Below, piece after piece: positions 54,822 through 64,000 of a DNA stretch of 64,000 bases (its first letter is position 1; every line of letters begins with the position of its first letter). A model generated the notes under the pieces. That model was not told the DNA's origin. It made no database searches and saw only the letters and a program-made list of their open reading frames with translations. This DNA comes from Octopus vulgaris (taxonomy: Eukaryota), in contig OX597827.1 of assembly GCA_951406725.2 (NCBI GenBank), positions 25,544,001-25,608,000 of the forward strand, given 5' to 3'. A program made the position numbers and the translations under genes.

Positions 54822-55355
54822 ATAGAAATCAATGCGTGCTGGATGGCGAACTCTCACGCACGTTTGGAATGGTGGCATGTATGAGTAGGTGTGCTTAAAC
54901 CAACAATTTTCAACTTGTCAATGACGCTTGTCAATGGCTGTTTTTGAAAGAAAATCTCTGTCTTCCTGGCGTCAACTTTCTCCTCTCCAATTCAACAAGG
55001 GGAATTCTGGGAAAATGGGATTTAATTCTTGTCTCTGTTTTTTGTTCTATTCATGTAAAAACCGAGACAGAAATCTATCGTACTGTCTTGCTGCTCTATC
55101 ATACCTCAACATATATATATATATATATATGGATGTGTATGCTTACATGTAGTGTTTATGTATACATGTATTTATGTGCGTATCGACAAGCATGCATGTA
55201 AGTGTGCAGATATATGCATTTATGTATATGTAGCTGTAAATTTATGTATGTCTGCGTATATATCACTATGTGTATGTCTATGTAGGTATGAATATATATA
55301 TATATATATTCTGTACGTTTGTACATGTTTATATGGGTGTATGTATGTATGTATG

Positions 55356-55401
<46 letters not shown>

Positions 55402-56090
55402 TGTACGTGTGTATATGTATGTATATATACGTGTGTCTGTTCTACTTTTATTTTGAAATTTCTCAACAATAAAGCAAGAGTTAGTTTCCAACGTAGAAAA
55501 ATGGTTCATTCATTGGAATTTCGCAAAATCACTCACGCTTTCTTCTTTATATTAATTCCATTGGTCATGATATCAAATACAACAAATTTATATTTTAAAG
55601 TAAATGTCAAGAAACATTTGGTTTCTGTTTATTTGAATAAATTTCTTGATGACAAAATATGGATATTCAATATTAGCAATGTAACAGTGATAAGGATAGA
55701 AATATTTAATAACTCAACAGAATGCAAATTCCTAAATCTTAAAACAGTCTCTGTCGGGTTTTGTCTTTTGCACACCTGGGTGTGGGTGGGTATTCATCAA
55801 ATACGCTGGAACAGCCAGTCTGACTCATGGGAATCGCGCTTGCGGAGAGCCATTTCCAGCCCGATAGCAGTGAGCAAAGGATATTGTCCGGGGACCAAGA
55901 ACGCCGGAGGGGAGGTCCCCAATGCTACACGTTCGACCAGAAAATTGTCGCAGACTGACCGATAGTGTAACAGTTTGCTTCTCTCCTTTTAACGAGCACC
56001 AAGTTACCACCGGAGGAGATATCACAGCATGTAACGTTCAAGATAAGGGGCCTGTAAATATTATTACTTTTAAAAAATCATTATTATTTT

Positions 56091-56295
56091 AGCTGGCAGA
56101 ATCGTTAGCATGACAGGTAATAATGTTTAGCGACATTTCGTCTTTCTGCGTTTTGTGTTCGAATTCCGCCGAGGTCGACTTTGACTTTCATCCATTCGGG
56201 GTCGATAAATTAAGTACTAGCTGCGTGCTGGGGTCGATCTAATCGACTGGCCCCTCCCACCAAATTTTGGAGACTGTGCCTGGAGTAGAAAAGAA
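56091..56295 (+). mobile_element. SINE family B
   Basis: agctggcagaatcgttagc...gaggtcgactttgactttcatccattcggggtcgataaattaagtac. Confidence 0.8.
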
Positions 56296-56620
56296 TAAGT
56301 ACTTGATGTAATCAATTTTCAGCCATTCCAATCCCATGCATTGTGCTTAGAGTAGAAAACTTTATTATTTATATAATTTTTACGACCGAATTCTTAGAGC
56401 ATCGGGCAGTGTTTCCCTTTTTCGTACTGAAATTGTTGTAGTATCCAGCCAATGTTAACTGTGCCATGAAATATTGGTAGAGGCGACAGATCAAGGGCCT
56501 ACTCCAAAATTTTGCGCTACGATTAGATATTCAGTATGAAAGTTATTTTGTAGCAGATGTCCATCTTGTGTAGTGTGCAAGTCTAAAATTAAAGGAAGTC
56601 AATATCGTACGATGGCGGAA

Positions 56621-56830
56621 GGCTGCGAGCGGACAGAATCGTTAGCAACCTGGGCAAAATTTTTGCGGCATTTCGTCCGTTTTTACATTCTGAGTTCAAA
56701 TCCTACCGAGGTCCACACTGCTTTTCATCCTTTCGAGGTCGATAAAATAGCACCATTTGTACATTGGGAGTCGATGTAACCGACTTAATCCCTACCTCGA
56801 AATTGCTGGCCTGGTGCCAAAATTTGAAGT
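56621..56830 (+). mobile_element. SINE family B
   Basis: cagaatcgttagc...gagttcaaatcc..gaggtc...tcatcctttcgaggtcgataaaa...gtgccaaaatttgaa. Confidence 0.78.
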
Positions 56831-57334
56831 CAAGACCGTGCGATGGATTACTTATGGCATATCTGGAAATATCCCATAAATAGTGAGATATAATTGATAT
56901 TACACATTTTAAAAATTTCATGCTGAGAAAATTTCTTATATTCTATCGTGTATCTTATTTTTAGGTGATATGAGTCTATGGTTTAGAAACTTAATTTAGA
57001 AGTAACACCGCATATCTCTAGGAAACACAGATTCTGTAAAATACTTTTCTACTTGTATTCTATGCACAGCTCAAAGTGAATGGATTTTGAACGATACCCA
57101 TCGACATTCGTGTTCTTTCTTTCTTACGTATTCCTAATGGATTTAGACTAGTTTCTCAAAGATATATCAATCATTATACGCACATATACACACGAACATA
57201 CACACGCATATCCGCTCGCACACGCATGCACATACAGGCATGCTTGAATATACATATATGTGTATGTGTGCATGTGTGAATGTCTGTGTGTATACACATA
57301 GCATATACGCACACGAATATTTTTAAATACATAG

Positions 57335-57381
<47 letters not shown>

Positions 57382-57414
57382 TATACATATACACATGTAT
57401 GCATATACATGTAC

Positions 57415-57450
<36 letters not shown>

Positions 57451-57555
57451 ATACATTCATACTTATACGCATGTTTATACGGTTGCTTGCAAATATATTA
57501 CTATCTCTCTCTCTATCTCTCTTCTCCCTCTCTCTTTCTCTCTCTATCTCTCTTT

Positions 57556-57589
<34 letters not shown>

Positions 57590-60369
57590 GTATATATATA
57601 TACATATATATGCTTGTGTGCATCTATCTGTGCGCTTATCCGCCTATGTATGGTTGTATGTGTACACATCTTCAAAATGAAGATAAAGTAGAATGGTGTA
57701 GCCTCACTGTGTGATTCTTGTTTATTTTTTTCCGAAACTGAGAACGCACTTGAGTCATATCCATTGTTCGTTCTCAAAGTTATAGTGTGAATATTTAGAA
57801 TAATATTCACTTACATCATGCAGATTTTCAAAACTGTTACCGCGCGTGTATACACGTATTCTCTTTATGCAAATATGTATGAAAAGAGAGGCTCGTTGCT
57901 CTGTGATAGAAGCAGATAGAGCAGAAGACGGAGCTGTTAATACGTTCTAAAGCTAAGAAATGAATATTTCAAGAAAGACATTTTATTGTTAAACCTATTC
58001 ATGTTGCATAATTAGTCAACTGAAATCTCGATAATAAATGTTTCGGGAAGAAATAAGAGATATTAATGAATGCGAAACAAGTTAAAATGAGATTCGTCTC
58101 TTTCTATTATACACTCCAAGTGTGAAATATATCTTTACTTAACGTATCGATATTTTTCAGACTTTCCTACCTTCAGAAACACATTTTTATCAGAAACGTG
58201 AGTATTCTTGCCACACCGCACATACGTCCCTGAATGTTTAGGAAGCTAATGATAGCTTTCAGTTAACATAACTGGAATTCATTAACAGGTTAAAACAACT
58301 TTAAGTTTGCATTCACTTGAAGCGAACTTCTATTGTGTCATATTATGTTCCGCTTTAGCGCACGTTAACAGTTGGATCAGAGCAACTGTCCATAAATAAT
58401 ATAATTTATTATTCATTGACGCTCATTCAAAAGAATCCTATTATTTTCAATTGAATTGATTATACCAAATATCCAAGGTTACGTAAGCGAATAGTGCTTG
58501 TGTATTTCATGTACAATTTACTCGTACAACCTTGTTCATGAACAGAGATAACTAATGTTGTTCACACATCATAGGTAGAAATCAATTTCTTCTCCAAGAA
58601 GCATTAGAGCCCGCGTATTACTTCAGCTGTCAGCTTAGAGTTGAAGTAAAACATTTATAAAATATTGTTTTATTTTGCTCTTAATGTTGGTTTAATTTCT
58701 TTTCTTCATTTCCACTTCATAAAAATTGTGGATAGCTTGAATGACAAGATTGAAATAGTTTTAAAACCAAACGAAAACTAAATAAATAGACAGAAATAAA
58801 CAAAATATATACAGCAATCCCATTTGAAATTTATATTTTCGTTTTTACTTTTTTTTTCGTGTCAAAACATATTTCAAATATAAAATGGAAATTTGTTTCA
58901 TATCCATACACGTAAACGATTAAGTGCTCATACTTAAATATCTGTTTGTCAGCAATTACTTAGAAATATGAAGCAGAATAAAAAAGAAGAGAAATATTAA
59001 AATCTCTATAGGAGATGAATTTAATCGCCATAATCTTGAAAGGTCTGTATGAATATAGTTGAATTGAAAACCATTTTAATACAAAACACTCTGTTATAAA
59101 TTCAACTGAAGCACGGTAATGAATAAATAGCTAGCTAAGTTGACGAACATTCGATTTGAAGGAGATATTTCAACACCTAAGGAATACCACATTTATATTT
59201 GGATTATGGATGGTAGGAGTTCATGTCTTAATAATTTTCCGAAACGTTTGTTTTGTTGGTTACATTCTTTGTTTGTCAGAAGATACGCTACTGGTTGCTA
59301 GGATATGACCATTTCCATAAAAGAAAGAATATTCAGAATGCATCCCACGAGTGCTTCCTACATATTAGATACGGGCTATTGAGGAAGAGGAAATGTTCTT
59401 AAACGCATTCGCTACTGGTATCAACGGCCTAAACAAACTAAGAATTTATGTTGAATATAAAAGATTTACGATAGAATCCGAAAATATTACTTTCCATAGG
59501 CACGTAAGACTTAACAAAGCAGAAAATCGTTTCCATAATCCAGATATAACTGTTTTTAAAACACTGTAAAGAGAAGTTATGAAAAATCGAAAGTAAAGAC
59601 CAGCCATATTCATAAAACACATTCAAATTATTGACCGATCTGTGAGTTGAGATTGCATTGCCCCTTTTGTTAGAAATATAATGGTTTCTGAACCTAAGAA
59701 ATAGTTTAGTCTTTACTATCTGGAAGAAACACTATTGCATATAGTCGTTTCACCGCCTCTAGTAACACTTAATGTATTTCATATCTAAGAACCAGAATAA
59801 AGTACGTCCGTTACATACAAGGAAGAAACTGCTACGTATTCGTAAGACTAGCTAGAAATGGAAAGTGAATCTCCCTCAAAAAACAATTTTTATCTTAGAT
59901 AATGACGACCTTCATAATACTAAAAAATAATTTGACCTCATTTAATCGTAATAATATGCAGAGTCAGTTCTTGGATAAAAACAATAAGAACAAGCATAAT
60001 TGGGTCATTGGAATTAAATCGCATTTCGGCCATATTTAAATTAAAATCCGTTCCAGCTACATCACAGTCTATCATTAATATCTTCAGCAAACTGAATTCC
60101 TGAATGAATGTGATAATAAAGTTAGAGGATGAATCATTACGAAACATCTGTTGGCGAACTGAAAGTTTTCTCGACAAACAAATTAAATCCTTAATTAGGT
60201 GTTATGGAAAACAGGGATAAAACACTAGAAGTTTAAGAGCGCAAACCTATGATTTCACACGTTATTGCACGTTACAGAGTCTATGTGAGACGAAATGACA
60301 TGTATTGGTACCAAAGTGGTAGTTTGGAAAGATAATCAAAATGTAACATATAGAAGAAAGAAGAAATAT

Positions 60370-60612
60370 TTCCTTCTCGAGCCATACCTGGCTCATAAGG
60401 GCCGGTTTCCCGGTTTCAGTGGCGTTGAAATAGCCCACGTAGACTGGACGACGATCCGTTGCAAAGTTGCTCATTTTTGCCAGGTGAGTGGACTGGAGCA
60501 ACGTGAAATGAAGTATTGTGCTCAAGAACACAACGCATCGTCCGGTTCAGGAATCGAAATCACAATTTTACGATCATGAGTCCAACACTCTAACCATTAA
60601 ATACGCGCCTCC
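60370..60612 (-). mobile_element. tRNA-derived SINE, family C-related
   Basis: gctcataagggccggtttcccggtttc...aagaacacaacgc...ggaatcgaaatc (reverse-complement B box)...aaccattaaatacgcgcctcc (reverse-complement A-box head). Confidence 0.78.
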
Positions 60613-62894
60613 ATAAAGTGTAACATGCGGGAGGTAAATACACAGCAGCGCTTAGTTACGGTTATTTACGCAATGCTGACAGCAGGGACTTTAGCTTTTA
60701 CATTTCTCATGTACCGGAGCCGATTTAGCCGCTTCTACCCCTTCATCAGATTGAAGATCTTATGTCTATTATGCCTATGTTAGAAATCCAGGGATTTCAT
60801 GATTTCTGTCTTACGCTCAAGAGAAATTATTTGAAGTCTTATTTTTGTTGTTTAGTTTAGGCCAGACCAAATCAATCAAATCAAGGATCATGTAAAACAT
60901 GATCTTCCTCAAACCTTGTTTCGACCTTTGCATACAATTAACGCATCTTATGAATTCTTTAAAAATAGTAACGTATAATATGGAAAAGATAGAGTGACTG
61001 CTGTTTCTAGTATTTCGATGTACCGTATGTATAGAGAAAATTCAGTTATAGAAACCAACGAAAGGATTTCCATCTGGTTACTTGCACTGCTAAGAATAGC
61101 AACCAAATCACCCGCGAATCAAACCCCAAATCATATTCTTCATAGTGGAAGGACACTTTGAATAATAGTTCTCCATTAAATTATCTGTAAATAGGAATGG
61201 AATGATCACAACTGTAACGGTTTGTGCACGGATTTCAAAACTGTAGCTGATTTTGTGTTAGCCGACATCAAAGTAATTGATATAAAGAAGCATCAGAAAA
61301 AAATCTTTTTAATAACGTTGTACCCAACCCCAACACAAACGGAATAGTCAGAGCAGTCAAATCTTCAGTCGGGGTCAGAAGAGATTCTAGAAATTTTGGA
61401 GTTCATTAGTAGCTGTTCAGATTCAATCTTTAACGTTGCACATTGTATAAGAGTTTAGTAACAATTGTAAATGCAAACAAATGGAGAGGAGCCCACAATT
61501 TCTTCTTGCTGGGGCGAAATTATTGATTGTTCATGTTGATGTTTAGACCCATGTCAGGTCTCATCGAGTAGAACCACTGGAAATGGCATTGTAGCCATGA
61601 TCACAGCATCTGAATATTAGAAAATATATACAATATTAGATAATTCAATATTGTTATTTATAAAATTAAACTGTAGGTGTTATTTGAATGATATTTAGCT
61701 GTTGTTTCTAGTAAGTCAACTGATCTTATAGAAACTCTCTCCTCGCTCGCATAATTGCTTGAGATAATTATTATTTAAATCTTCATCATAAAATTTTAAC
61801 CACATATTGTATAACAATTTAGTGATATCTATGAATGTACATAACTGATGTGAACACTTAACATTTATTGAATACACAGTGTGTGCATGTTTGTGCGTAT
61901 GTATGTATATATAAAGAGGTGACATACAAATGTAGATATAAATAGCTACAAATATGTATGTATATATATATATACATGTCGGTGCATCACAATCTATGTC
62001 TATATATGCGTGTGTACAATTATGCATAGGTGTGTGTGTACTTCTATTCTTTGTATATATATATATATGAGTGTTTGTATGCTCGAACGTGTGCTAATGT
62101 CATTCGCATTATTAAATTCTGCAGTCCGGTTTACCTGTCCATTCATTGTTACATCAGATTTAACACAAATAGCAATCTTAAGCTAAAATATGCCTAGAGT
62201 AATGTATAGATACATTTTCAAATATTTCCAATTACAATGTGTTTAGCACATTGTAACTGTCTTAGACTGGGTGGTTGTATTCAACTCTTAACAGACCTAA
62301 TGTCTACCCAATAACTATAACGAACAATTCCGATCAAAATTGAAATGGTATACAATTAGAAACACCGAGATATCTCAGTTTTATTTGTATTCTTCAATAT
62401 TCGCCTGCAAGATAACTTCATGTAACACCATATATATTAAAGCTACATTAAGCTATTATTTCTCTAAGACGGATTCTAATTATATAATAACAATAATAGA
62501 AATGGGCAATGTATTTAAGTCTGAGAACTTTTACTTGCTCAAGCTGCAACTCAGCTATGATTTTATAAACCGTTCAAAGTTGATCTTTCTGCCGTTTTCT
62601 CAAGTGATGTCGTACCCCACTTTATACAGGATACGAAAGAAAACCCTCCCATAATGGACACGGCCTTTGAAATGGCACAAATAAAGTTAAACTGATTGTA
62701 TTGGTGTCTTCAAGGTGGTGATGTTACATCGTTTATTTTTCAGCTAGCATTTTGGTTTGGACCCGATTACAGCGAACATTCGCTGCACGAACGTTCACCA
62801 AGAATGGTTAATCCCGGGTTTTTGCCTGTTTATTCAATGTGATTTTCCCTCTTTCTAAGAGAAAGATTTATGAGCAATATTTATCTGATATCTG

Positions 62895-63030
62895 CCGCCG
62901 AGGTCCACTTTGCTTTTCCTCCTTTCGCATTCGATAAAATAAAACCCAACTGAGCACTGGGTTCGATGTAAACGATTTACACTCACCCCCGAAATTGCTG
63001 GCCTTGTGCCAAAATTTGAAACCAATATTT
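62895..63030 (+). mobile_element. SINE family B, 3' half
   Basis: cgccgaggtccactttgctttt...tcgataaaataaa...gaaattgctggccttgtgccaaaatttgaaaccaat. Confidence 0.72.
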
Positions 63031-63707
63031 AGCGGATATTTTTAGGATGTCCAGCAACCACGTCGAGACTTTATTGGAAAGGAACTTCGTTTTGAGTTTA
63101 TATATTGTATGAAAGAAAGAGGCTGTCGACTTATTTCATTGGAGATTTAGCAGGGGGTCAATATTTTCCCTTCAGAGATACTAACGCCGATGTAGAAAGA
63201 GACTCAAATCACTCAGCCATATACATATAAAGAATCAATAGCTGTGCTTTAACACCTGCCTACACACGAAAAACATCGAAGTAAAAATAAATGAATTACT
63301 CAGTACTTTTGCAAAACCGTCAGATATTACATCAGTTACGGAGGTTGGCTGCTATTTTATGCGCATCGGCAATGAGTTAACAGAGAAAAAAAAATATACC
63401 TACGCGAGAGGATAGAGGAATGGTCTCATTCTTGAATCCATTGAATAGCACGACGCCCGTTTTCTTATGACAATATTAATGAAGTAGGGGCAGAAAGGGG
63501 TAGGAGATCTGAGGATGACAAAATAAAAAAAAAATGAAGTAACGCAGAAAAGATAGAAACACGATTTCAAGAAAACAAACCCAACTTATTCCAATGTCAG
63601 TTAAAGAAGTGGAGCCCAAATGAAATGATTCGCTTACCATGCACCAATGACGAAATAGGACCCAAATGTACGCATTACGATGCTGGCAGATGCGAGGTGG
63701 GGGGGGA

Positions 63708-63870
63708 TCATTTAATTATGGTTTTATTCAACATATTCTCCTCTCATATTCACATACTTATTGCAACGGTTCGTCAGTTTTTCTAAGCTCTGTGAAAGAA
63801 CCCAGAAGGTTGGGCCCAATCAGGCCTTTCACGATATCCTTAAAACCAAGAACTTTTCAGCATCCCTTCG
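63708..63870. mobile_element. Mariner-derived MITE, partial; opposite orientation to 17586
   Basis: caggcctttcacgata..ctaaaacc..gaacttttcag..cttcg-TA matches the reverse complement of 17586-17740. Confidence 0.7.
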
Positions 63871-64000
63871 TATTTATTGAAAAATACTCGCAGAAATATA
63901 CTAACAAGTGATGAGGAGCTTCAAGAGGATGTGGGATGTTTCTCCTCACTTCCCACCTAGGATTATTAGCTCTAGTATAGACGGCGAAAGAGCGGTGAGA

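Noticed and set aside
59938-60177. 79-aa minus-strand ORF as a candidate host exon (also 19077-19343 and 14525-14707)
   Set aside because: No recognisable domain and no consistent splice structure, so it cannot be supported without a homology search.

Overview
This is AT-rich animal genomic DNA dense in microsatellites. The SINE families and simple-repeat load resemble octopus/cephalopod genomes (inference). I found no convincing host-gene exon, and most listed ORFs are translations of (TA)n/(CA)n/(TATC)n/(AAT)n tracts. The window is a mosaic of mobile elements: a mariner transposon, a decayed RTE LINE, a Chapaev3-like DNA transposon with TIRs and a TTA duplication, R4/Dong-like LINE fragments next to (TAA)n, Penelope remnants, MITEs and many tRNA-derived SINEs. 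The standout is a young array of about 7.4 x 492 bp at 43781-47436. Every full unit carries a complete type I hammerhead ribozyme. The array is preceded by an inverted partial copy joined at an AAATTT microhomology, capped by (TA)n, and flanked by a long (~130-170 bp) direct duplication. It looks like a retrozyme or Penelope-dependent circular-RNA-type element. Further hammerheads or relics sit in small non-coding elements, mostly (TA)n-flanked (4990, 12842, 34559, 47876, 48255). The window also has several near-perfect inverted duplications.
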